The notes beneath the pieces are model-generated. The model was not told the origin of the DNA. It did no database searches and saw nothing but the letters and a program-made list of their open reading frames with translations. The position numbers were made by a program, and so were the translations under genes. Below, in pieces: positions 9,461 through 17,794 of a stretch of DNA of 43,288 bases. Location: contig JAGWGY010000003.1 of NCBI GenBank assembly GCA_028867115.1, positions 1 through 43,288 on the forward strand, read 5' to 3'. Source of the DNA: Candidatus Micrarchaeota archaeon. GTDB lineage: Archaea > Micrarchaeota > Micrarchaeia > Micrarchaeales > CABMGC01. Numbering within the stretch: the stretch's first letter is position 1; the number at the start of each line of letters is the position of its first letter.

Positions 9461-10981
9461 ATAGGCAACCTGGATAACTTCTATATCACAACTGCGATAC
9501 CATACGCTAACGCCCCGCCGCATGTAGGGCACATGTTCGAGTTCATAATGACTGATGTGGTCGCAAGGCACAGAAAGCTCAATGGAAGCAAAGTTTGGGT
9601 CACCACAGGGTCTGATGAGAACAGCCTGAAGAACGTTCGCGCTGCCGAGGCGCAGAAGATACCGGTAGGGGAGCTGTGCAGGAGGAATGCAGACCTCTTC
9701 ATTGCGCTTGCAAAGAAGGTTGAACTCTCAGAGTTCTCATTCATCAGGTCGTCGGTCAAGGAGACGCACTGGAAGGGGCCCCAGAAGATCTGGGAGCTAT
9801 GCGATAAGGCAGGGGACATTTACAAGAAGAAGTACAGTGGGATGTACTGTGTCGCATGCGAGCAGTTCTACACAGACTCTGAGCTTGAAACCGGCCTCTG
9901 TCCAGTCCACAAGACAAAACCAGAACTCATAGAGGAGGAGAATTACTTCTTCAGGCTCTCCAAATACCAGAAAAGGATAGAGGAGATGTTCAAGAATGAC
10001 GAGATAATGGTGTTCCCGCAAAGCAAGAAGAACGAGATGATGGGCTTTGTGAACCAGGGGCTTGAGGACTTCAGCATCTCAAGATCCAAGATGAGGACCA
10101 AGGGGTGGGGAGTACCGGTACCTGGGGACGAATCGCAGTACATGTATGTCTGGTTCGATGCGCTGTGCATATACCTGACAGGCGTAGGTTTCCAGTACGA
10201 TGAGAAGAAGTTCAAGGAATGGTGGCCGGCATCGATGCATGTGGTTGGCAAGGACATCATAAGGTTCCATCTGATATATTGGCCGGCTATGCTGATGTCA
10301 GCAGGCTTGCCTCTGCCCAAATCCGTCCTGATACACGGCTTCATCACCGCTGGAGGTGAGAAGATGTCAAAGACGGTGGGGAATGTCGTGGATCCTGACG
10401 AGCTTATTGCGAAATACGGAATCGAGAGGGTAAGGTACTTTTTCATGAAGGATATCCCGACATTCGAGGATGGAGACTACTCGGAAGGCGCTTTCAAGGC
10501 GTGCGTAAACAATGAGCTTGTCGGCAATCTCGGCAACTTCATACACAGGACGCTAACATTCGCATATACAAAATTCGGAGGAGAAATCAAGTCTGCGCCT
10601 AATGAATCCGGAATAAGTGTGCTTGGGGAAGTTGGCAGGAGAAGGGAGGAGGTAAACAAGCTTCTTTGGGAGAACAACATACACGAGGCAATGCTCAAGA
10701 TACTCGAAATAGGAAACATCGCCAACAGGTATTTCCAGGAAATGGCGCCTTGGGAGCTTGTGAAAAAGGACAAGGAAGAGTGCGAGAAGGTCGTGTCCGC
10801 ATGCCTTAATATGTGCATGATAATAGGGGACCTCCTGTATCCTTTCGTCCCCGAATCATCGGAGAGGATTCTCGGATTCATCGGTATGAAACCGGTGCCG
10901 TTTGGAGAACTGGGAGAGATGCGAAGCGGGTTCTCGGTAAAGGAGCCAAAGATTGTTTTTGAGAAGATACAGGAGAAGTGA
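9461..10981 (+). CDS. metG: Methionine--tRNA ligase, short form without C-terminal OB domain; non-canonical start (ATA 9461 or CTG 9470)
   Basis: FYITTAIPYANAPPHVGH (HIGH) lies upstream of the track's ATG 9533; KMSKT; YVWFDAL; GKDIIRFH. Confidence 0.93.
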   Translation: MGNLDNFYITTAIPYANAPPHVGHMFEFIMTDVVARHRKLNGSKVWVTTGSDENSLKNVRAAEAQKIPVGELCRRNADLFIALAKKVELSEFSFIRSSVKETHWKGPQKIWELCDKAGDIYKKKYSGMYCVACEQFYTDSELETGLCPVHKTKPELIEEENYFFRLSKYQKRIEEMFKNDEIMVFPQSKKNEMMGFVNQGLEDFSISRSKMRTKGWGVPVPGDESQYMYVWFDALCIYLTGVGFQYDEKKFKEWWPASMHVVGKDIIRFHLIYWPAMLMSAGLPLPKSVLIHGFITAGGEKMSKTVGNVVDPDELIAKYGIERVRYFFMKDIPTFEDGDYSEGAFKACVNNELVGNLGNFIHRTLTFAYTKFGGEIKSAPNESGISVLGEVGRRREEVNKLLWENNIHEAMLKILEIGNIANRYFQEMAPWELVKKDKEECEKVVSACLNMCMIIGDLLYPFVPESSERILGFIGMKPVPFGELGEMRSGFSVKEPKIVFEKIQEK

Positions 10982-11482
10982 TCATCCTTTCCTTCTTATC
11001 TCGTCGAGTATGTCCCACTTTGTCTTTTCGAACATGGAGTCAAGCTCGTCGTAGCTTTTTTTGGGGATGAGTTCATGGACTGCGGCGAACGCATTTGCTT
11101 CCAGTTTTGCTTTCAGCGAGGGTAGCTCTTCGATTGCCGTGATTACCGTCTTGCCCTCGTCGGTGACCTCATAGCAGCATTCTGCACTTGCGCCCTGATC
11201 CACCTTTCTGACCAGATTGTCTTCAAGCAGGCGGTACAACGGTGGGTCGGCATCGAAGTCACGGGCGACGCGGCTTACTTTCCCAAGCGAAGACTTTGTA
11301 GCAGGATAGGTGTTGATCAGGGAGAGGACAAGGTATTCGGATGATGAGAGGCGGTCTGCAATCCTTACCAACTCGATCGTTTTGGAATTGATCGATGTTC
11401 GTATCCGCCCCATGTTGTTTCTAGAGCCATTATGATCTGCTAGGATTTCCGCACTAACCCCCTCTGAAATATTGATTAACAC
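10982..11482 (-). CDS. Hypothetical protein with probable winged-helix (PadR/HxlR-like) region
   Basis: LYRLLEDNLVRK...YEVTDEGK pattern; start uncertain. Confidence 0.5.
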   Translation of the reverse strand: MLINISEGVSAEILADHNGSRNNMGRIRTSINSKTIELVRIADRLSSSEYLVLSLINTYPATKSSLGKVSRVARDFDADPPLYRLLEDNLVRKVDQGASAECCYEVTDEGKTVITAIEELPSLKAKLEANAFAAVHELIPKKSYDELDSMFEKTKWDILDEIRRKG

Positions 11483-11531
11483 ACTGCATAATATTATTTA
11501 AACATCACTATCTCTTTGTTTAAGAAAAATA

Positions 11532-12077
11532 TCAGGTGTACTTTGCAGTAACCGATGCGATCTCCTGCGTTATCCTGCCGTATCCGGGGATAGTGTAGTT
11601 TAGGTAGATGTAGCCGAAGAATGCGTTCCCTATCCTCCCCTTTGACACGCCTCCGGGGCCGTAGCAGTACATGTTAAGCGTTTCTGATGTTGTCGAGGGC
11701 AGCGTCGGGTATGCGGTGTTGGACGGATCAGAGAGCACAGGGTAGTACTTTAGCTGGTTTGTTACGTGCACGTTCCCGTACTGGGGTATATCGTTGCTCA
11801 CGTTCTTTGCGCTCGAGCAGGCGAATCCGTTGACGTTTATGTTCCCTCCGGTTGCCTGGGCAAACGTGAAGGATATTGCCCCAGAGGAGGCATTGAGCGA
11901 ATACTGGCTGCACGTGAAGCCAGGGAATGGCGTGCATGTCGGTGGTATCGTTGTCGGGTTCAGTATCGCCGTCTTGTATATGACGGCCACAGCTATGAAT
12001 ATTACAAAAAAGGCGATTCCGTAGGACGAGAGAAAGTCAACAGCTGCCTGGCCACGAAGAATGTTTAGCATTATCAC
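11532..12077 (-). CDS. Archaeal type IV pilin-like protein with class III signal peptide
   Basis: LRG|QAAVDFLSSYG followed by a hydrophobic helix; Cys-containing extracellular domain. Confidence 0.75.
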   Translation of the reverse strand: MIMLNILRGQAAVDFLSSYGIAFFVIFIAVAVIYKTAILNPTTIPPTCTPFPGFTCSQYSLNASSGAISFTFAQATGGNINVNGFACSSAKNVSNDIPQYGNVHVTNQLKYYPVLSDPSNTAYPTLPSTTSETLNMYCYGPGGVSKGRIGNAFFGYIYLNYTIPGYGRITQEIASVTAKYT

Positions 12078-12694
12078 TTCGCCTTCATCTCGACTTTTGC
12101 CTCGAAGTCAGAGATCTTGTATGCGAATTCTTCGTTTGATTTTATTAAACCTTTCTCTTTCATGAACTCCCTTGCGAGCAGGAAGTAGACGAGCGCAAGC
12201 GACCTCCTTCCCTTGTTGTTGCATGGGATTATCATGTCAACGAACTTGATCCAGTTGTCCGTGTCTGAGAGAGCCACCACAGGGATGCTTGTCTTGCTCG
12301 CCTCCCTTATGGCCTGCCTCTCGTTTCGCGAGTCGCTAACTAGCAGGATCTCTGGCTCTGTGTAATCGCCGCGGTTTGAGTTTGTGAAGACCCCTGGCAT
12401 GACCCTTCCTGGCATGAACTTTGCGCCGGTTATCTCCGCGAACTTTGAAGCTGCAGAGATTGCGTAGATTCTGGATGCGGTGACCACGATGTCCTTTGAC
12501 TCGTACCTTGCTAGCATCTTTGCTGCGGTAGAGATCCTCTCGTTGATAGTCTCGAGGTTGAGCAGGTACAGCCCGTCCTCTCGTATCTTGTAGATGAACT
12601 GCTTCATTCCCGGCGACTTTGCCTTTGTCCCTATGTGTATTCCAACTTCGAGGAACTCAGCGTTGTCAGCCAAGAGTTGCTTTTCTTCAGTCAT
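12074..12694 (-). CDS. rps2: 30S ribosomal protein uS2
   Basis: GIHIGTK, DGLYLLNL, IPCNNKGRRSL. Confidence 0.97.
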   Translation of the reverse strand: MTEEKQLLADNAEFLEVGIHIGTKAKSPGMKQFIYKIREDGLYLLNLETINERISTAAKMLARYESKDIVVTASRIYAISAASKFAEITGAKFMPGRVMPGVFTNSNRGDYTEPEILLVSDSRNERQAIREASKTSIPVVALSDTDNWIKFVDMIIPCNNKGRRSLALVYFLLAREFMKEKGLIKSNEEFAYKISDFEAKVEMKAK

Positions 12695-12710
12695 GTTTGC
12701 ACCATAAATC

Positions 12711-12797
12711 TGGGGTCGCCGAGATTTTCACTTTCGTTTTGAACTCGGGTCTTATGCTCCCTAAGCACAGAGCCTAACCAAGCTAGCAGACGACCCC
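12711..12797 (-). tRNA. tRNA-Pro(AGG) with a 13-nt BHB intron at position 59/60 (12725-12737)
   Basis: GGGGTCG/CGACCCC acceptor; TGTGC-TTAGGGA-GCATA anticodon arm; CCGAG-TTCAAA[ACGAAAGTGAAAA]T-CTCGG; syntenic position after rpoN. Confidence 0.88.
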
Positions 12798-12831
12798 AGC
12801 ATATTTTATTTAACATCAATCTATTTATACT

Positions 12832-13032
12832 TCATTTCCTGCCGTAGCTAGTTACCTCGTCAATGAGGTCAACGTGGCTTAACAGCATCCTTCGGCAGCA
12901 GTACCTCTTGAGCCCGAGCTCGTCGAGAACCTTTGCTGCCTCCTCCTTCTCCTTGTTCACCCTCTTGTCGTACTCCTCCCACTTGTCGGCAATTATCTGC
13001 CCGCAAGAGAAGCAACGCACCGGTATCATCAT
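12832..13032 (-). CDS. rpoN: RNA polymerase subunit N (Rpo10)
   Basis: IPVRCFSCG...[19 protein letters not shown]. Confidence 0.98.
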   Translation of the reverse strand: MMIPVRCFSCGQIIADKWEEYDKRVNKEKEEAAKVLDELGLKRYCCRRMLLSHVDLIDEVTSYGRK

Positions 13033-13041
13033 ATTATCACA

Positions 13042-13572
13042 TCATCTGTAGGACTTCTGGAACCTTGCCCTCGCCTTCGTGCCCAGGAACTTCTTAGGCT
13101 CAACCTGTCGCACATCGTCTACCAGCATGTTCCTATCATACTTCATGTAAGCATCCTTTATTATCTCCGAGTTCGAGGCTCCTGCTATCGCCTTTGCTAT
13201 CGCGGTCCTTACCGCCTGCGCCTGCCCGCTTGCGCCGCCGCCCTGGACTGTGACCTTGATGTCGGAGCTGTTTGCGATCTCCCTTGTGAGGGATGAGAAC
13301 TGTATAGGCTCGAGTATCAGCTCGCGGACCTCCTTTGGCTTGAACAGGCTGATGTTCACGTTGTTTATCGTGACCCTGCCTGCGCCCTTTGTCAGCCTCG
13401 CCCTTGCGATGGCCATCTTTCTCCTCGACTTCACGAACACGACCTTCTGCTTCGGGGCAGTCCTTCTCCTCTGCTTCGGGACCACGACCTTCTTCTCCTC
13501 CTTCACTGCAACGACTGCGCTAATCTCCTTATTGAGGTTCTCGAGCGCATTTGCGTTTGCTTCAGCCATCAT
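13042..13572 (-). CDS. rps9: 30S ribosomal protein uS9 (N-terminal extension)
   Basis: GGGASGQAQAVR, EPKKF...ARARFQKSYR. Confidence 0.96.
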   Translation of the reverse strand: MMAEANANALENLNKEISAVVAVKEEKKVVVPKQRRRTAPKQKVVFVKSRRKMAIARARLTKGAGRVTINNVNISLFKPKEVRELILEPIQFSSLTREIANSSDIKVTVQGGGASGQAQAVRTAIAKAIAGASNSEIIKDAYMKYDRNMLVDDVRQVEPKKFLGTKARARFQKSYR

Positions 13573-13574
13573 AA

Positions 13575-14030
13575 TCAACCTTTGTTATATCCCAGCTTCT
13601 CGACCAGGTCCTTTATGTATATCGTGTCCTCGAACACCTGCCTCGGCGACTTGGTCTCTATCTTCTCCGCCTTTGATATTTTTAGCTCTTCGGGGGTGCC
13701 TATGTATACGCGCAGGTTCTTGTATGCGCTCTTGCCCCTTGGCTTCTTGAAAGGCAGCATGCCCCTTATAACGCGCTTGACGAATAGGTCGGCGCGCCTT
13801 GAATGGTATGGCGAGTGCTCAGGATTCGCCTTGTCCTTGAGCGCAAGCTTCTGCTTGTAGTCTAGGATTATGCTCTTCGGGTGGCCGCTCATGAATAGGT
13901 ACTCGGCGTTGACCACCGATACCTTCTCGCCGTTTAGCAATCGCTTTGCCACCTGGCTTGCGAACCTGCCCATGAGCCTGTCCTTTGCGTCTAGGACGAC
14001 CGATTTTTGCTGGACAATTTCCTGTTTCAT
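13575..14030 (-). CDS. rpl13: 50S ribosomal protein uL13
   Basis: DAKDRLMGRFAS, VVNAE, IRGMLPFKKPRG. Confidence 0.96.
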   Translation of the reverse strand: MKQEIVQQKSVVLDAKDRLMGRFASQVAKRLLNGEKVSVVNAEYLFMSGHPKSIILDYKQKLALKDKANPEHSPYHSRRADLFVKRVIRGMLPFKKPRGKSAYKNLRVYIGTPEELKISKAEKIETKSPRQVFEDTIYIKDLVEKLGYNKG

Positions 14031-14039
14031 TTTAAGCAC

Positions 14040-14390
14040 TTATATTATGATTCTTGGATTTTCCTTCTTTAGCATCTCTTCTATCGGGACCATCTCGCAC
14101 CCGCTTCCCTTCAGCTTTGCGATCGCGCTCTGCGAATACTCTACAGCTGCGATCCTTATCTTGTGGTTGACACGCCCGAAGCTGAGCACCTTTCCCGGAA
14201 CTACTATGAACTCGCCGTCCTTTGTGAGGCGGTCGATCTTGTTGAGGTTGACCACGACCCTGGACCTTCTCGGCTGCGATATCAGCTGCCGCACGTCCTG
14301 CCAGAGGCCAGCGTTCTTTGAGTCGGCCTTAAGGCTAGTTATCGCCTCGTTCCACGAGTTTATTGCGTCCTTCTCGATTATGCTTTTCAT
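14040..14390 (-). CDS. rpl18e: 50S ribosomal protein eL18
   Basis: VVNLNKI, VVPGKVLSFG; ATG 4 nt after GGTGC. Confidence 0.95.
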   Translation of the reverse strand: MKSIIEKDAINSWNEAITSLKADSKNAGLWQDVRQLISQPRRSRVVVNLNKIDRLTKDGEFIVVPGKVLSFGRVNHKIRIAAVEYSQSAIAKLKGSGCEMVPIEEMLKKENPRIII

Positions 14391-14405
14391 TTTTGCACCA
14401 TTATA

Positions 14406-14492
14406 TGCAGGGGTAGGGATTTGAACCCTAGCAAGCACTAAAGCTACTAACCCCTCAAGCTAGCGCATTTGACCAGGCTCTGCCACCCCTGC
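14406..14492 (-). tRNA. tRNA-Leu(GAG)
   Basis: GCAGGGG/CCCCTGC acceptor, CTAGC-TTGAGGG-GTTAG, long variable arm, TAGGG-TTCAAAT-CCCTA. Confidence 0.95.
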
Positions 14493-14497
14493 ACGCA

Positions 14498-15073
14498 TCA
14501 CTTCTTTACTTCCTTCTGCGTAGCCTTGAGGCCATCATCTATTATGTCCAATGCCCTATTTAAGATTTCCTTTGCCGTCATCTGTCCAAAACTTTCAATA
14601 TAAAACTCGAACTCGCTCTCCTGATCGTTCGATTTGAATGTGACAAGCCCAGGCATGAACTTCGAATTCTTCATAGAATTGCCTAGTCTCGCCTTGCCGT
14701 CGAGCTTGATGCTCTGCCCCTCGAGCAGCTTTATTATCGGTATGTTCTCGTTTGCGACCTTCACCTTCTTGTCCGTCCCTTCGAGGTCCCTCGAGTACAC
14801 CGTCTTAGGGCCCTCAGCCTCGAGGTGGAAGAGTATCTCGTCCTTCTCGTCATACCCGCTCTCCGGGGTCATCAGGGGTATCAGGCCGAGCCTGTGCGAG
14901 ATGTACTCGTCGAACATTGCGGTTGTGTTCTCGTAGAAAGTGACGCTGTCTATCGCAAATGTGCTCACGCCGTTTGTGGCGATCCTCCTAAGCGAGTTTA
15001 CGACAGTGCTGCCTGCGTCGCTCACCTTGAACCTGACCACAGAGGGAGTGTTCTCGATAAAACTAACCTTCAT
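14498..15073 (-). CDS. rpoD: RNA polymerase subunit D (Rpo3), short form without Fe-S domain
   Basis: NSLRR, FDEYISHRLGLIPL, IPIIKL, IESFGQM. Confidence 0.95.
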   Translation of the reverse strand: MKVSFIENTPSVVRFKVSDAGSTVVNSLRRIATNGVSTFAIDSVTFYENTTAMFDEYISHRLGLIPLMTPESGYDEKDEILFHLEAEGPKTVYSRDLEGTDKKVKVANENIPIIKLLEGQSIKLDGKARLGNSMKNSKFMPGLVTFKSNDQESEFEFYIESFGQMTAKEILNRALDIIDDGLKATQKEVKK

Positions 15074-15159
15074 GAAAACCACAAAAAGAGGACATTAGAG
15101 CCCTATTTTATAGGGATAATATGCCTCCTAATCTATTTAAAGCTAACGTTAATTGGGGG

Positions 15160-15537
15160 CTAATTCGCTCCCCTCACGTACCTTCCCCTGCTGTATATTG
15201 CCCTGAGGTACCTGAGCTCTAGGTCAGAAAATCTCCGCTCGGCCTCCTCCTTGGATATCTTCTTGTTCTTGTAGTCCTCGCGTATCTGGTCAGTCTCCTG
15301 CTTAAGGTCGTAGTGGAGCTTTTCGTTCTCGTACCTCTTCATGAATGCGTAGGAGAATATGAGCAGCCAGATCCCGGTGGTTGCGATCGCCTCCCCTATC
15401 AGATTATCAGGGAGGAGGGGGGAGGAGAGGAATATTATGATCATGATGATCCAGGCTGCTGTTGCGACTATGGCCAGCTTGTGCCAGAATGTGTCCTTGT
15501 AGTGCTCTACAAACTCCGGCGTGAAGAATGGATGCAT
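15160..15537 (-). CDS. Hypothetical two-TM membrane protein
   Basis: Two hydrophobic helices plus a charged tail (SHOCT-like ISKEEAE). Confidence 0.6.
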   Translation of the reverse strand: MHPFFTPEFVEHYKDTFWHKLAIVATAAWIIMIIIFLSSPLLPDNLIGEAIATTGIWLLIFSYAFMKRYENEKLHYDLKQETDQIREDYKNKKISKEEAERRFSDLELRYLRAIYSRGRYVRGAN

Positions 15538-15591
15538 CTGATTATATTCTAATGAGGCTATAAATAATTGATTGGAGGCTTAAGTGGTATT

Positions 15592-16566
15592 ATGCTGGTC
15601 CTTGGGATAGAGAGCAGCGCGCACACATTCGGAGTCGGAGTGGTGGGCGCAGGCAGGGTGATGTCGAATGAGAAGGCGATGTTCCCGATCTCCGATAAGG
15701 GGCTGATACCATCAAAGGTCGCAGAGACGCACGTCAAAAATGCCCCTACAGTGGTCCAGGCTGCGCTTGATGCAGCAGGCGTCAGGCTAAGCGAGGTGGA
15801 GGGGATAGGATACACGCGAGGCCCTGGGCTCGGCCCGTGCCTTCAGGTTGGGGAGCTTACTGCAAAGTCGCTTGCGCAAAAGCTTGCGGTGCCGATTGCA
15901 CAGGTCAACCACGGGGTTGCGCACATAGAAGTTACACGGTTGCTAACAAAGATGCGCGATCCCCTTGCACTCTACGTGAGTGGCGGCAACTCGCAGATTC
16001 TCAAGGCAACTGCTGAGCCTTTTAGGCACTATGCGATACTTGGGGAGACATTTGACATCGGCGTAGGGAATATGTTTGACAACTTCGCGCGGGGCATAGG
16101 CCTCAATCCCGCCTGGGGATCCACAGTCGGGAAGATGGCCTCGGGGGGCAACTATGTGAAGCTGCCGTACACTGTGAAGGGTATGGACTTTGCTTTCACT
16201 GGCCTCCTGACAAATGCGATTAAGCTTGCCGCAACTGAGAGGAAGGAGGACCTTTGCTACTCCATACAGGAAACTGCGTTCTCTATGCTCTGCGAGGCTA
16301 CGGAACGGGCGATGTTCCTCACAAAGAGCACCGAGCTGTGCGTATGCGGCGGCGTCGCGCAGAGCAGAAGGCTCAAGGAGATGCTAAAGAGCATCGCAAA
16401 TGAGCACAGGATAAAGTTTGGCGCATGCGCTGATGAGTACAACGCAGACAATGGGGCGATGATAGCCGTGGTCGCGGAGAGGATGCTAAAGAAGGGGATG
16501 GGCTCAATGGTAAGCGAGTGCGGAATAGAGCAGAGGTACAGGGTGGATAGGGCGGTGATTGTCTGA
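15592..16566 (+). CDS. kae1: KEOPS t6A synthase Kae1
   Basis: LGIESSAHT, GPGLGPCL, HGVAHIE, VSGGNSQ, DNGAMIA. Confidence 0.97.
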   Translation: MLVLGIESSAHTFGVGVVGAGRVMSNEKAMFPISDKGLIPSKVAETHVKNAPTVVQAALDAAGVRLSEVEGIGYTRGPGLGPCLQVGELTAKSLAQKLAVPIAQVNHGVAHIEVTRLLTKMRDPLALYVSGGNSQILKATAEPFRHYAILGETFDIGVGNMFDNFARGIGLNPAWGSTVGKMASGGNYVKLPYTVKGMDFAFTGLLTNAIKLAATERKEDLCYSIQETAFSMLCEATERAMFLTKSTELCVCGGVAQSRRLKEMLKSIANEHRIKFGACADEYNADNGAMIAVVAERMLKKGMGSMVSECGIEQRYRVDRAVIV

Positions 16567-17150
16567 AGCTTGTTAACAAGGGTGCAGAGGCAAGGATATT
16601 CGAGACCACGGTACTCGGCACCAAGATGCTGCTTAAGGAGAGGACCAAGAAGGATTACAGGATCAGTGAGCTCGATGAGTCGATAAGATCCAGCAGGACG
16701 AAGACTGAGGCGAGGATCCTGTACGGAGTTGCAAAGGCGGGAGTGAACGCGCCAAGGCTGGTTGCAGTAACACAGTTTGGAATTTATATGACAGAGGTGG
16801 AGGGGAATCTTCTGAGGGACATTGCGATGAAGCCCTCCTATTTCCCGGGGATAGGCAGGCAGCTGGCCCTAATGCACAACGCAAACATCGTCCACGGCGA
16901 TTTCACGCCTGCGAATATAATCAGCTCGGGCGGCTCGTTTTACATAATAGACTTCGGGCTCGCGGAGTTCGAAAATGGCGAGGAGGAGAAGGCGATAGAC
17001 CTCCTGCTGATGAAAAGGTCTATTGATCGCAGATGCTACCAAAAATTCGTTGCAGGATACTCCAAGCACGCAAAAGATGCCAAAGGAGTGCTCCTACGGC
17101 TCGAGGAAGTAGAGAAGAGGGGGAGGTACCAGTCAAGGACGCTATCTTAA
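16563..17150 (+). CDS. bud32: KEOPS kinase Bud32; predicted CTG start overlapping the kae1 stop
   Basis: KGAEA, KER..K.YR, HGDFTPANI, IDFGLA, EVEKRGRY; GAEA lies upstream of the track's ATG 16626. Confidence 0.93.
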   Translation: MKLVNKGAEARIFETTVLGTKMLLKERTKKDYRISELDESIRSSRTKTEARILYGVAKAGVNAPRLVAVTQFGIYMTEVEGNLLRDIAMKPSYFPGIGRQLALMHNANIVHGDFTPANIISSGGSFYIIDFGLAEFENGEEEKAIDLLLMKRSIDRRCYQKFVAGYSKHAKDAKGVLLRLEEVEKRGRYQSRTLS

Positions 17151-17198
17151 GCAGATGGAGCTTGCGCTGAGCAAGTATAGATCCCGCAGGCAGGGAGA

Positions 17199-17312
17199 TC
17201 AGAGCTCTCCTACCCTTCTCTTCTGGGCGCGCTTTATCCTCTTCCTTCGCTTCTTTACCCATTTCCAGCGCATCCTTCCTTTCTTCTTCCACTTTCTAGG
17301 AATGCTTCCCAA
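17199..17312 (-). CDS. rpl41e: Ribosomal protein eL41 (archaeal long form, 37 aa)
   Basis: Hand-translated: [37 protein letters not shown]; TTG start 5 nt after GGTGT; TATA upstream. Confidence 0.9.
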   Translation of the reverse strand: MGSIPRKWKKKGRMRWKWVKKRRKRIKRAQKRRVGEL

Positions 17313-17368
17313 ACATAACACCTTGATGACTCTATTTCATAATCTCCTAATCTATAAATATGTAGTAG

Positions 17369-17722
17369 TCACTTGAGGTCCTTGAAAGGATTTGCCATTC
17401 TCAAAAGGAGCATCGCAATCATGACTGTCATGTAGAACAGGAACTGCACTATCGTTATGGCCCCGTTGTTTAGCAGGATCCAGAGGCCTAGTAGCGAGCC
17501 GAAAAGATAGGTTATCCCGACAAAAGGGACGTAGAAGAGCAGGGTTATTGTGAACAGGATGTTGAAGAGGCTGACCATGAACACTATGTTCGTAGGAAGC
17601 CCGCGGAGCACTGTGAGCACTGCGACAACCAGCGATATCAACAGCCCGCCGACTAGCTCTATTGTCACTTTTATAGTTGTGGCGAAGTCGGTACCCTCCT
17701 CCGGCGCAGATATCTCGTCCAT
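17369..17722 (-). CDS. Small hypothetical multi-pass membrane protein
   Basis: 117 aa, mostly hydrophobic. Confidence 0.65.
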   Translation of the reverse strand: MDEISAPEEGTDFATTIKVTIELVGGLLISLVVAVLTVLRGLPTNIVFMVSLFNILFTITLLFYVPFVGITYLFGSLLGLWILLNNGAITIVQFLFYMTVMIAMLLLRMANPFKDLK

Positions 17723-17794
17723 TCACTCGTTTCCGTTTTTAGATTTTAGCTTATATAGCTTATTTAGTCAGATTTAAATAATCGCGCTGGTTCG

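Noticed and set aside
17020-17376. 90-aa and 73-aa track ORFs
   Set aside because: Alternative frames over the real eL41 gene and the bud32 end
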